Shown one piece after another: positions 10,611 through 24,653 of a DNA stretch of 64,000 bases. The position numbers and the translations under genes were made by a program. The stretch is from Octopus vulgaris (lineage: Eukaryota): assembly GCA_951406725.2 (NCBI GenBank), contig OX597820.1:54064001-54128000 (forward strand), in the 5' to 3' direction. The stretch's first letter is position 1; every line of letters begins with the position of its first letter. The notes beneath the pieces are model-generated. The model was not told the origin of the DNA. It ran no database searches and saw only the letters and a list, made by a program, of their open reading frames with translations.

Positions 10611-12465
10611 ATATATATCTAAACACTCATCTTCTAACCAAGAAACGTTGCCATGCCGAAACGGTTACATATAAAGCCATTCTGACCAAATAAACTTATT
10701 CATTCTACAAGAAACGAAATGTGTCAAGCTATTCAAGCTTCTTTTCAATCACTTTCTGAGTTTGGCTGCTTACCTTTTTTCGTCTTATCGTCAAAGTTTC
10801 TAGATCCAACTAATACCCAAAACTTTGATCGGACATTCAATTCAGTGCAATTATCTTTAGTACTATTATTTGCTATTACAGCTACAACAATTACTACTAC
10901 AACCACCGCCACTACTACTACTACTACTACTACTACAAATAAAAATAATAATAGTAATTTCAAATTTTGGCACAAGGCCAGCAATTTCAGCCAGTGAATA
11001 AGTCGATTGCATCGACTCAAGTAAACAACTGGTACTTATTTTATCGAGTCCGAGAAGACGAAAGGCAAAGTCGATCTCGGCGAAATTTGAACTCAGAACT
11101 TGTAGACGGATGAAATGATGTTAAGCATTTTGTCCGGCGTGCTAATGATTCTGCTGACTCACCACTATGATAAATCTCTCTGCTGCAGACATAGAACCTG
11201 AAACTTTGGAGGAGAGAACTAGTCGATTACATCAACTCAAATATTTCACTGGTACTTTATTTTATTCACTTCGAAAGGAAAAAAATGGTAAAGTTGACTT
11301 CGGCGGGATTTGAACTCAAAGTGCCACGAAAGCCGAATGCTCTAACAACTCTCTCAACTTGCCGCCTTCTACAAGTGACATATCATAAGAATATGTTGAG
11401 GCTGGGTTCTGTCGTGTAATTCAATCCCAGAACTACTCAAGCTTCTACACCACCAGCACTACCAGTCAACCCTTTCGATATATTTCTCTCGCCAAAGCGG
11501 CGAGCTGGCAGAAACGTTAGCACGCCGGCCAAAATGCTTACCGGTATTTCGTCTGCCGCTACGTTCTGAGTTCACATTCCGCCGAGGTCGGCTTTGGTTT
11601 TCATCCTTTCGGAGTCGATTAAATAAGTACCAGTTACGAACTTGGGGTCGATATAATCGACTTAATCCCTTTGTCTGTCCTTGTTTGTCCTCTCTGTGTT
11701 TGGCCCCTTGTGAGTAGTTAAGAAATAGGCATTTCGTCTGCCGCTACGTTCTGAGTTCACATTCAGCCGAGGTCGACTTTGCCTGTCATCCTTTCGGGGT
11801 CGATAAATTAAGTACCAGTTAGGCACTGGGGTTGATGTAATCGACTTAATCCCTTTGTCTGTCCTTGTTTGTCCCCTCTATATTTAGCACCTTGTGGGCA
11901 ATAAAGAAAGAAGAACCGTTAGCCCGCCGGGCGAAATGCTTACCGGTATTTCGTCTGCCGCTACGTTCTGAGTTCAAATTCCGCCGAGGTCGACTTTGCC
12001 TTTCATCCTTTCGGGGTCGATTAAATAAGTACCAGTTACGCACTGGAATCGATATAATCGACTTAATCCGTTTGTCTGTCCTTGATTGTCCCTTCTGTGT
12101 TTAGCCCCTTGTGGGTAGTACAGAAATAGGTATTTCGTCTGTCTTTACGTTCTGAGTTCAAATTCCGCCGAGGTCGACTTTGCCTTTCATCCTTTCGGGG
12201 TTGATAAATTAAGTGACAGTTGCGTACTGGGGTCCTTTTATTTGACTGGCCCCCTCCCCAAAAATTTCTCGCCTTGTGCCTAGAGAAGAAAAGTAGTAGT
12301 AGCAGTAATAGCAGCACCACCACCACCAACAGTGGCAGCAACAGTAGCGGTAGTAGCTGAGCCATCCACTTCAATATATTCTAATATATTCTAATATGTA
12401 CTACCAGCATAAATCAGAGTTACAATTTTTGTTATCAGCTGTGTTTCACACCAGACATCAACACT

Positions 12466-12537
12466 TCCCAAGTAGTCTAGTGGTTAGGATTCCGCGCTCT
12501 CACCGCGGAGGCCGGGGTTCGATTCCCCGCTTGGGAA
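12466..12537 (+). tRNA. tRNA-Glu(CTC) variant (G9A, variable-loop C>A), flank type C
   Basis: All stems intact. Confidence 0.88.
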
Positions 12538-13030
12538 ACGGTTTATGTACATATATTTTTAAATTTTTGTATTTCAAACGTTCAATTCCCAAAGACAACA
12601 TATTTGAAGGTATTGAAAATGTTAGCTTAATTCTGTAGACATCCCTGTTTTATTCGAGCTGATCAGAGCAACCCGCAGTACATTTGGCAAGTATCTGCTG
12701 CCATATACTACCTTCAACCAAAACTTTGCGAGTAAAATTAGGGAGGCGAAAACTATGGCGAATCCAGTTAGAAAGACCGTTCTTGGAAATAGGTTTTAAT
12801 ACGTCGAATCATTTAACACCAAATCTGACTACCTATATTTTTAGCAGGTCCACTTTCTTGCAAACTTTTGGGTCAAAATCTCACTTTTGAGGTTAATATC
12901 CTCCCCAACTCAGCAGTAACTCAACCATTAATCTCAATATAAAACATCATATAGTCTAATGTATACTACCACGGTGAATCAATGTTACAGTTATTATTGA
13001 CTGTCGTGTTTCTGTTACAAGCTGTCGGCA

Positions 13031-13102
13031 TCCCAAGTGGTCTAGTGGTTAGGATTCCGCGCTCTCACCGCGGCGACCGGGGTTCGATTCCCCGCTTGGG
13101 AA
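13031..13102 (+). tRNA. tRNA-Glu(CTC) variant (variable-loop G>A), flank type A
   Basis: All stems intact. Confidence 0.9.
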
Positions 13103-14440
13103 GCGGTTTACATATTTTTGAAAAATTCATCTCATATTGTATTTAAGTTGGAATGGCAATGGATAATATGTATGTTTATTAATTATTTACTCACAATTCG
13201 TAACTTGCAAATTAGTATTTTGCTTATTGCTTTACACCAATATTTTCATCGTATTATTTTAAGATGTGGTACGGCACCGGACTGCCAGAATTGCTTAGCG
13301 ATATTTCATCCGGCTTTTTATATTCTAAGACCAAATACAGCTGAGGACGGCTTTGCCTTTTAATTCTTTCGGAGTGTATAAACTAATTAGAAATTGAGCA
13401 CATGGGTCAACTGCTGTCCATGATCCAAAATTTGAAGCCCTTATTATAATATATGGTAATCTATTTTACTCCCAACGACATACAATCGTTGAAGTATCAA
13501 GATAGACAGTTGAAACCTCTGTTAAATACTTTCAATTACCTAAAAGGAGAAATACCACTAATTATTTTATCCGTCGCCCCTAACCATCCTACCAGCTTAC
13601 CGGCTCAATAGTAATAATAATAGTTTCAAATTTTGGCACAAAGTAAGTCGATTACCTTGTGCCAAAGTGCATAAGTCAATTACATCGACCTCTGTAATTG
13701 ACAGTACTTTATTTTATTGACCCCGAAAGAATGAAAAAGGCAATGTTGATCTTGGCTGGATTTGAACTCAAAACAAAGAGAGAAAAGAAATGTCGTTAAG
13801 TATTTTATACTTGACGCTCCAAAGATTCCACCAGTTCACTGTGTTTGTGTTGTAATAATTTTGTAAGTCGGAGAGCTGGCAATATTGTTAGCACGTCCAG
13901 CGAAATGCTTACCGGTATTTCGTCTGCCGCTACGTTCTGAGTTCAAATTCCACTGAGGTCGACTTTGCCTTTCATCCTTTCGGGGTCGATTAAATAAGTA
14001 CCAGTTACGCACTGGAGTCGATATAATCGACTTAATCCGTTTGTCTGTCCTTGTTTGTCCCTTCTGTGTTTAGCCCCTGGTGGGTAGTACAGAAATAGGT
14101 ATTTCGTCTGTCTTTACGTTCTGAGTTCAAATTCCGCCGAGGTCGACTTTGCCTTTCATCCTTTCGGGGTTGATAAATTAAGTGACAGTTGCGTACTGGG
14201 GTCCTTCTATTCGACTGGCCCCCTCCCCCAAAATTTCTCGCCTTGTGCCTAGAGAAGAAAAGTAGTAGTAGCAGCAGCAGTAATAGCAGCAGCACCACCA
14301 CCAACAGTGGCAGCAACAGTAGCGGTAGTAGCTGAGACATCCACTTCAATATATTCTAATATATTCTAATATATACTACCAGCATAAATCAGAGTTACAA
14401 TTTTTGTTATCAGCTGTGTTTCAGACCAGACATCAACACT

Positions 14441-14512
14441 TCCCAAGTAGTCTAGTGGTTAGGATTCCGCGCTCTCACCGCGGCGGCCGGGGTTCGATTC
14501 CCCGCTTGGGAA
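14441..14512 (+). tRNA. tRNA-Glu(CTC) variant (G9A), flank type C
   Basis: All stems intact. Confidence 0.9.
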
Positions 14513-15335
14513 ACGGTTTATATATATATATTTTTTAATTTTTGTATTTCAAACGTTCAATTCCCAAAGACAGCATATTTGAAGGTATTGAAAATGTTAG
14601 CTTAATTCTGTAAAGACATCCCTGTTTTATTCGAGCTGATCAGAGCAACCCGCAGTACATTTGGCAAGTATCTGCTGCCATATACTATCTTCAACCAAAA
14701 CTTTGCGAGTAAAATTAGGGAGGCGAAAACTATGGCAAATCCAGTTAGAAAGATTGTTCTTGGAAATAGGTTTTAATACGTCGAATCATTTAACACCAAA
14801 TCTAACTACTTATAATTTTAGCAGGTCCACTTTCTTGCAAACTTTTGGGTCAAAATCCCCCTTTTGAGGTTAATATCCTCTCCAACTCAGTCTGTCTTCA
14901 GACTTAAGATTTCGCGCTTTCAGTCTGACGCTTCCGTCTAATGCTGGAGGCACAGCTCATTTAATATTCGAAGCCGATCAGAGCAACCCACCGTGCCTTT
15001 GGAAAATATCTACAACCATACGAAAACTTTTACGAGTAAAATTAGGGAGGCGAAAACTACGTGGAAGCTTGTTAGAAAGACCGTTCTCATTCTTGGAAAT
15101 AACAGTCTTAATATGTCGACTGATTTAACATCAAATATGACCACCTATGATATTTTTAGCAGGGTCCACTTTCTTGCAAGCTTTCTCCCTTTTGAGGTTA
15201 ATATCCTCCCCAACTCAGCAGTAACTCAACCATTAATCTCAATATAAAGCATCATATAGTCTAATGTATACTACCACGGTGAATCAATGTTACAGTTATT
15301 ATTGACTGTCGTGTTTCTGCACCCTGCTGTCGGCA

Positions 15336-15407
15336 TCCCAAGTGGTCTAGTGGTTAGGATTCCGCGCTCTCACCGCGGCGGCCGGGGTTCGATTCCCCGC
15401 TTGGGAA
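15336..15407 (+). tRNA. tRNA-Glu(CTC), consensus copy, flank type A
   Basis: Identical to the 295-366 cloverleaf. Confidence 0.95.
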
Positions 15408-16989
15408 GCGGTTTACATATTTTTGAAAAATTCATCTCATATTATATTTAAGTTGGAATGGCAATGGATAATATGTATGTTTATTAATTATTTACTCACA
15501 ATTCGTAACTTGAAAATTAGTATTTTGCTTATTGCTTTACACCAATATTTTCATCGTATTACTTTAAGATGTGGTACGGCACCGGACTGCCAGAATTGCT
15601 TAGCGATATTTCTTCCGGCTTTTTATATTCTAAGATCAAATACAGCTGAGGACGGCTTTGCCTTTAATTCTTTCGGAGTGGATAAAATAATTAGAAATTG
15701 AGCACATGGGTCAACTGCTGTCCATGATCCAAAATTTGAAGCTCTTATTATAATATATGGTAATCTATTTTACTCACAACGACATACAATCGTTGAAGTA
15801 TCAAGATAGACAGTTGAAACCTCTGTTAATTACTTTCAATTACCTAAAAGGAGAAATACCACTAATTATTTTATCCATCGCCCCTAACCATCCTACTAGC
15901 TTACCGGCTCAATAGTAATAATAATAGTTTCAAATTTTGGCACAAGGTAAGTCGATTACTTTGTGCCAAAGGGCGTAAGTCGATTACATCAACCTCTGTA
16001 ATTGACAGTACTTTATTTTATCGACCTCGAAAGAATGAAAAAGGCAATGTTGATCTTGGCTGGATTTGAACTCAAAACAAAGAGAGAAAAGAAATGTCGT
16101 TAAGTATTTTATACTTGACGCTCCAAAGATTCCACCAGCTCACCGTGTTTGTGGTATAATAATTTTGTAAGTCGGAGAGCTGGCAATATTGTTAGCACGT
16201 CCAGCGAAATGCTTACCGGTATTTCATCAGCCGCTACGTTCTGAGATCAAATTCCGCTGAGGTCGACTTTGCCTTTCATCCTTTCGGGGTCGATTAAATA
16301 AGTACCAGTTACGCACTGGGGTCGATATAATCGACTTAATCCGTTCCCTAATATTGCTACCCTTGTGGAGATTTTGAAAGCAATAATTATAATAATTTCT
16401 AATATTCGTTTCAATTTTTTGCGCAAGGACAGTGAGTTCGGGATTACATCAATCCCAATGCTCACTTGGTACTTACTGAAAGGCAAAGTTGGCCTCGGCG
16501 GAATTTAAGCTCAGAACGTAAGGATGGACGAAATGTTACTTAGCAATTTGCCTGACGCCCCTAACGATTCTTCCAGCTTGCCGCTGTAAACCGAATGCCG
16601 TTCTCGCAAGAGTTAATTTTTAATAATAATTTTAAAGTTTGCAACAAAGACTGCAATTTCCAGGGAGAATGCAAGTTGGTTACATCGACTTCAGTATTCA
16701 ACTGGTACTCCTTTTATCGACCCCGGAAGGTAGAAAGGAAAAGTCGACCTCAGTGGAATCTGAACTCAGAATTTAAAGACGAATAATTTTGCATTCCAAC
16801 AGAATATTTTGAGGTACTCTCGACTTATTTAATCCCAGAATTGCTGAAGCATCGGTACCACCACCAGCAGACAAGACCGCGTCAATGTATCTCTCTCACC
16901 AACGAATACTTTCGATAAAGTATACTTCGACAGTGAATCAATGTTACAGTTGCTGTTATCAGTTGAGTTTCAGTCGCTGGCTGCAAGTC

Positions 16990-17061
16990 TCCCAAGTGGT
17001 CTAGTGGTTAGGATTCCGCGCTCTCACCGCGGCGGCCGGGGTTCGATTCCCCGCTTGGGAA
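16990..17061 (+). tRNA. tRNA-Glu(CTC), consensus copy, flank type B
   Basis: Identical to the 295-366 cloverleaf. Confidence 0.95.
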
Positions 17062-18242
17062 ATAACTTTATCTTTTAATATATTTAACATAATACATTAT
17101 ATCCATCACTTCCAACGATTCTACCAGATCACTGCCTCAGTAATAATTATAAGAAGAGCACTCAGAGAGCGCAAACCTCCACCATGGTAGCACCAACGTC
17201 CTAATCAATTTATTACCCACAAGGGGCCAGCACAGAGGGGACGATACATTACATATGGGAATACAAAGCAGGAAAACATATAGGACAACGTATGAGAAAC
17301 ATGAAATGACAAATGAAAATGAAAAAATGCAACGAAGCTACTCGGCGCCTCCTCCGAGTAGTTTCCTTTATACCTTTCTTTCTTTTTTTAAACCTCGTTC
17401 CTTCTAGTATATCCATCATACACTCCTTTATAAGTTCTATATATTCCATACAATCCAACAACCTATCATTATCAATTTTTACTCTCCAACAAGTGAATCC
17501 ATTTTAAAACCTTTCTGTTTTTGCTTTCTGTTCCTCTGAAACCAACAAGCATATAAGCACCCCTTTTATATTATCCTCATCCGTTTTAACAAGCACCGTG
17601 TCTTTCCACTTCATTGCTTCTCTGATCAGTTCACTATTTGAGTCATCTATCATGCACACAAAGCAACTTTTTCTTTTAGCCGGGGGAGGGGAAGTTTGGG
17701 GGTTCTTGTGCCCTCGTGTTTTCTTTATTTTCTGTGTCTGAGGCGTGAAAGTAGATTTGGTGTCTGTGGAAGAGGTGGGTCTGTGAAGGTTGGGTACGGG
17801 TAGGGGTTCGTTTTCCTTTTGTTCCTACTTTTCACTGTCTTCCACGTCTCGTCTTTCTTCTTCATTTCTTCTGATGGTAAATCCTCCTCTGCTTTCGCTG
17901 GTTCCCTGGATTTCTCCTGGGACCCCTTGGACGGTGAAGGGCAGTTCGCTCTGATGTGACCCTTTAGGCAACATTTAAAGCTTCGCGGGATTCTGCCCTC
18001 CAACTTGACTCTCAGCACCGTGTCCTCAATTGTAAGTGTCTCTGTCATGCTTTCCAAATTGTTCAGAAAATTTCCAAATTAGCCATAAAAATCCGCGATG
18101 TACTGAGTGCGTGATCGGTGAACCGCGATATACTGAGTGCGCAATAGGTGAACCGCGATATGGCGAGGGATTACGTTTATTATTTATTTACTTCCTTGTA
18201 AATTGGTATCATATATACATTACATCACTGAGGTTCATTGTA

Positions 18243-19288
18243 CGAGGTGCGTTCAAAAAGTATCCGATTTTATTTTCTTCCCGCCAATACTAATGCCACA
18301 CAGGCAATTTTCTTCGGGTAGGAGGTGGTGGCACCCTTCCTGCGCATGCGGGAAAATTTCGCGCTGGTACACTGTACCAGTTCCCGGCTACTACTCCTTG
18401 AGCACAGACGTGTAATGAGCGCTCGTCGGATTTTCGCTTCCACCGAACGCATCGAGCAGTGATATCGCATCAAATTTTGTCAAAAGCATGGTGATACTCA
18501 CGCTCAAGCCATCCAAAAATTCAGCAGGCATTTGGTGGTGATGCGAAAGGTAGAAATTAGTACAAGGAGCGGTACAACAGCTTCAAACATGGCCGCATTT
18601 CAGTGGAGAGCAAGGCACGCTCTGGCAAGCCATCCACAAACCGAAGCAAGTCGTGTAACAATCTAGAAAATTGCTCACGAAGTGGGAATAAGCATAGGAT
18701 CAGTGCATTCAATTTTAACCGAGGATCTGTGCATGCGGAGAGTTTCGGCGAAATTCATCCCCAAAGCGAAATTATATCTCACGGGAACAATATTTAGTTT
18801 ACAGCGGCAAGCTGTCAGAATCGTTAGGGCGCCAGGCAAATTGCTAAGTAGCATTTCATCCATCTTTACGTTCTGAACTTAAATTCCGCCGAGGCCAACT
18901 TTGCCTTTCAGTAAGTACCAAGTTCGCATTGGGGTTGATATAATCCCGAACTTACTGTTCTTGCGCAGGTAGAGAGGCAGAAGCAACTCCGCATGGAAAT
19001 CGCACAGAACATGCTACACGATGCAAACCACGACCGAGACTTCGTGAAAACCATCATCGCTGGTGATGAAACATGGGATATGGTCTCTACTTGATGCATT
19101 CAGTCATCTTGCCTGAAAACAAAAATCCGACGAGCGCGTAATTTATGTCTATTCTCTAGGCCTACCGACGCGAAAATTTTCTTGCATGATCAGTAAGGGT
19201 GGTATCACCTCCTACCCAGATGATTTTTCCTACGCGTCATTAGTTTTGTGGGAGAAAATAAAGTCGGATACTTTTTGAACGTACTTCG
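18243..19288 (+). mobile_element. Internally deleted mariner DNA transposon (second array copy)
   Basis: TA-cgaggtgcgttcaaaaagtatccga left TIR and matching right TIR; retains QKQLRMEIAQNML...FVKTIIAGDETW. Confidence 0.85.
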
Positions 19289-20991
19289 TCTTACTGTAAA
19301 GTGCAGTAAGGAGGTAGAGTGACAGAACTGCTAGCGCGTCGAAAAACCTTTTTGCAGTATTTCTTCTGGATCCTCACATTCTGAATTCAAATACCACCGA
19401 AGTTGACATTGCCCTTCATCCTTTCGGGGTCGATGAATAATGTCCATTGAGCAGTGCGGTCTATTTACTAGACCTCCCTGTCCCTACGATATTACTGGTC
19501 TTGAGCCAAACTTAAAATGAATGATGTAGCATGACGGTGAGCTGGAAGAATCGATAGTGCTTTCGGCCAAAATGCTTGACGAAGTTTCTTCCAGTTATGA
19601 GTTCAAATCTCGCGGAAGTCAAATTTGTCCTTGAATCCTTTCTGGGTCGAAATAATCACCAGGGACGATGTAAACGACATACCCCTACCATGAAATTGCT
19701 GGCCTTGTGCCAAAATTTTAATCCTTTACTATAATATGTGGTGAAATTATGTCGGTGATTACTCATTGAAAGATGTTCACGCTTCGATAATACTACACTT
19801 TTTGAAGAAACATAATAACCATTTGATACGAGGGCTGAAAAACTTCTATTAGCTGAGATTATCTATGCAATTAACTAACAAAATCTCCCCTAAGGAGAGT
19901 TTAAAATATAAAAACAGCAGTCAAGCGAACTCCTATTAGATCAGACGACCGAATATGTTTGTTGAAGAAGTCAAATAAGATCAATATATGACCCGTGTTT
20001 TCAAAGATTCTACTCAACCGTCTGAGTTAGTCAGGATATCAACAAAGTCACCAGATTATTGTTGCTGCTGCTGCTGGGGCTAGCGTAGAGTTGCTTTACA
20101 AAACGTATGAAATATTGAATGTTTGGCGTGGGTTCAGTCCCACAGCACGGCAGCTCGGACAACTGCCTTCTAATATTGCCCCAGATCGACCAATATCATG
20201 TGAATTAATTTGGTTGACGGAAATTGGAAGAACGTGTTTATCATTTTTGCAGTCTCTTCCAAGACGTTTGCGTTTCTTCTCACACTAAAGTATAATGAGT
20301 TTTAACAGGTTACTCTTGTAAAAGGATTTTTTTCCGGGGACGACCACTGCAGCCTCAACAATATGCATAAGTGTTAAATAAAGATAAAGATTTTAATCAA
20401 TTTAATCAAGGGCAGCTTCTGCTGCATAATTTGAATGTGTGTGGGTGGGTGGGTGAGTGTATGTGTGTGAGCGCGTATGTGTGTGTGTGTGTGTGTAGAT
20501 ATGTGTATGCATGTTTTGTAGGTGGTTGGATGGAATTGTCAAAAACGCTTCAATTTTTCTAAAAATCAATAAAATAGAAAATAAGAAAATAAGGATAAAA
20601 ACACACGTGACTATACATGACAAACAAAATGAATAATGATAATAATTACGTAATATAAATCGAATGTCAAATGCGTTGGTGCGTGACTTTTGGCCTACCT
20701 TGCACGCGCGTGTGTGTGTTATCTTTGTGTTTGACCCAGTGCCACTTCACAACTTGTGTTGTTTCTGTATGACCCTGTAACATAAGCAGTTGGGTAATAG
20801 AGACCGATAGATTAAGAAATACCAGAGTTTAAGAAGTAGCTCCTGGATTTGATTTGCTCGACTAAACCCTTCAAGGCGGTACCCCCCAGCAAGGCCGAAG
20901 CCTAATGACAGAAAGAACTAAAAAATGTATTTAATGTATATAAAGGCGCAATGTATTTAAATAAGGCTGTATCATCGCTAGTACTCAATTG

Positions 20992-21063
20992 TCCCAAGTG
21001 GTCTAGTGGTTAGGATTCCGCGCTCTCACCGCGGCGGCCGGGATTCGATTCCCCGCTTGGGAA
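20992..21063 (+). tRNA. tRNA-Glu(CTC) variant (G53A in T stem/B box), flank type D; possibly impaired
   Basis: Full-length; CGGGA-TTCGATT-CCCCG breaks the G53-C61 pair. Confidence 0.7.
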
Positions 21064-21945
21064 ACGTAGCTTTTTTTTTTTTCTTCTAAATTTTTGATTT
21101 TTAACTTTGAATTTGCAAACACAGTGTACTTAGACTGAGATATATTGAAAATCTTAATTTAATATTAAAATATTATTTTAATCCTGTATAGGCAGTTCAT
21201 TTATTTTTTGTTGTTTGAGACGATCAGTGCTCGCAACAGAACTTTTGGCGAGTATCTTCTAGTCATAGCATTAGATCAACCAAAACTTTGCGACTGAAAT
21301 TAGAGGAAAACGACGTTGAAGCCTGCTAGAAGGACACAACGCTTTTCCTGGTTTAGGAATTGAATACGTCAAAAGCTAATATGAGAGTATCTCTCGTGGC
21401 ATCTACCACAGTATAGTTTGTTCTAGCAGTTCACCCACGTTTACCTCTCAGTATTAATAATAGCTCTGATGATAATATACTATTTTATTCTTTTACTTGT
21501 TTCAGTCATTCGAATGCGGCCATGCTGGAGCACAGCGTTTAATCGAACAAATCGACCTCAGGACTTATTCTAACTTGTACTTATTCTACCGGTCTCTTTT
21601 TGCCGAAAAGCTGGGTGACGGGGACGTAAAAACACCAGCATCGGTTGTCAAGCAAAGATGGACTGACAAACACAGACACAAATAACAAATACACACACAC
21701 ACACACACACAAACATACACACACACATATATATGTCGCCATGTTGAATCGCTAGCTTCTGCACGCATTTTTTTTCTCTCCTTGTTTCTCTCCGTGTTTC
21801 TTTTCTGTGTATCTTTCTGTTGAAGAGCGTAGGCTCGAAACGTAAAAGACTTGTTTTATTTATATTCCTGAGCGCCATACTAATACAATTGTTTGTTTGT
21901 ACTCCACCTGCCTTCGTCTTTTGTTTATTTTCATAAAGCTTCCCG

Positions 21946-22015
<70 letters not shown>

Positions 22016-22467
22016 GACGGGCTTCTTTCAGTTTCCGTCTACCAAATCCACTCACAAGGCTTTGGTCGGCCCGAGGCTATAGTAGAAGACACTTGCCCAA
22101 GGTGCCACGTAGTGCGACTAAACCGTGAACCATGTGGTTGGGAAGCAAGCTTCTTACCATACAGCCGCTATATATATCTAAACACTCATCTTCTAACCAA
22201 GAAACGTTGCCATGCCGAAACGGTTACATATAAAGCCATTCTGACCAAATAAACTTATTCATTCTACAAGAAACGAAATGTGACAAGCTATTCAAGCTTC
22301 TTTTCAATCATTTTCTGAGTTTTTCTGATTACCTTTTTTCGTCTTATCGTCACAGTTTCTAGATCCAACTAATACCCAAAACTTTGATCGGACATTCAAT
22401 TCAGTGCAATTATCTTTAGTACTATTATTTGCTATTACAGCTACAACAATTACTACTACAACCACCG

Positions 22468-22513
<46 letters not shown>

Positions 22514-24016
22514 AAATAAAAATAATAATAGTAATTTCAAATTTTGGCACAAGGCCAGCAATTTCAGCCAGTGGATAAGTCGATTGCATCGACTCAAGTA
22601 AACAACTGGTACTTATTTTATCGAGTCCGAGAAGACGAAAGGCAAAGTCGATCTCGGCGAAATTTGAACTCAGAACTTGTAGACGGATGAAATGATGTTA
22701 AGCATTTTCTCCGGCGTGCTAATGATTCTGCTGACTCACCACTCTGATAAATCTCTCTGCTGCAGACATAGAACCTGAAACTTTGGAGGAGAGAACTAGT
22801 CGATTACATCAACTCAAGTATTTCACTGGTACTTTATTTTATTCACTTCGAAAGGAAAAAAATGGTAAAGTTGAATTCGGCGGGATTTGAACTCAAAGTG
22901 CCACGAAAGCCGAATGCTCTAACAACTCTCTCAACTTGCCGCCTTCTACAAGTGACATATCATAAGAATATGTTGAGGCTGGGTTCTGTCGTGTAATTCA
23001 ATCCCAGAACTACTCAAGCTTCTACACCACCAGCACTACCAGTCAACCCTTTCGATATATTTCTCTCGCCAAAGCGGCGAGCTGGCAGAAACGTTAGCAC
23101 GCCGGCCAAAATGCTTACCGGTATTTCGTCTGCCGCTACGTTCTGAGTTCAAATTCCGCCGAGGTCGGATTTGGTTTTCATCCTTTCGGAGTCGATTAAA
23201 TAAGTACCAGTTACGAACTTGGGGTCGATATAATCGACTTAATCCCTTTGTCTGTCCTTGTTTGTCCTCTCTGTGTTTGGCCCCTTGTGAGTAGTTAAGA
23301 AATAGGCATTTCGTCTGCCGCTACGTGCTGAGTTTGAATTCCGCCGAGGTCGACTTTGCCTGTCATCCTTTCGGGGTCGATAAATTAAGTACCAGTTAGG
23401 CACTGGGGTTGATGTAATCGACTTAATCCCTTTGTCTGTCCTTGTTTGTCCCCTCTATATTTAGCACCTTGTGGGCAATAAAGAAAGAAGAACCGTTAGC
23501 CCGCCGGGCGAAATGCTTACCGGTATTTCGTCTGCCGCTACGTTCTGAGTTCAAATTCCGCCGAGGTCGACTTTGCCTTTCATCCTTTCGGGGTCGATTA
23601 AATAAGTACCAGTTACGCACTGGAATCGATATAATCGACTTAATCCGTTTGTCTGTCCTTGTTTGTCCCTTGTGGGTAGTACAGAAATAGGTATTTCGTC
23701 TGTCTTTACGTTCTGAGTTCAAATTCCGCCGAGGTCGACTTTGCCTTTCATCCTTTCGGGGTTGATAAATTAAGTGACAGTTGCGTACTGGGGTCCTTCT
23801 ATTTGACTGGCCCCCTCCCCCAAAATTTCTCGCCTTGTGCCTAGAGAAGAAAAGTTGTAGTAGCAGTAATAGCAGCACCACCACCACCAACAGTGGCAGC
23901 AACAGTAGCGGTAGTAGCTGAGCCATCCACTTCAATATATTCTAATATATACTACCAGCATAAATCAGAGTTACAATTTTTGTTATCAGCTGTGTTTCAG
24001 ACCAGACATCAACACT

Positions 24017-24088
24017 TCCCAAGTAGTCTAGTGGTTAGGATTCCGCGCTCTCACCGCGGCGGCCGGGGTTCGATTCCCCGCTTGGGAA
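24017..24088 (+). tRNA. tRNA-Glu(CTC) variant (G9A), flank type C
   Basis: All stems intact. Confidence 0.9.
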
Positions 24089-24581
24089 ACGGTTTATGTA
24101 CATATATTTTTAAATTTTTGTATTTCAAACGTTCAATTCCCAAAGACAACATATTTGAAGGTATTGAAAATGTTAGCTTAATTCTGTAGACATCCCTGTT
24201 TTATTCGAGCTGATCAGAGCAACCCGCAGTACATTTGGCAAGTATCTGCTGCCATATACTACCTTCAACCAAAACTTTGCGAGTAAAATTAGGGAGGCGA
24301 AAACTATGGCGAATCCAGATAGAAAGACTGTTCTCGGAAATAGGTTTTAATACGTCAAATCATTTAACACCAAATCTGACTATCTATATTTTTAGCAGGT
24401 CCACTTTCTTGCAAACTTTTGGGTTAAAATCTCCCTTTTGAGGTTAATATCCTCCCCAACACAGCAGTAACTCAACCATTAATCTCAATATAAAGCATCA
24501 TATAGTCTAATGTATACTACCACGGTGAATCAATGTTACAGTTATTATTGACTGTCGTGTTTCTGCACACTGCTGTCAGCA

Positions 24582-24653
24582 TCCCAAGTGGTCTAGTGGT
24601 TAGGATTCCGCGCTCTCACCGCGGCGGCCGGGGTTCGATTCCCCGCTTGGGAA
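24582..24653 (+). tRNA. tRNA-Glu(CTC), consensus copy, flank type A
   Basis: Identical to the 295-366 cloverleaf. Confidence 0.95.
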
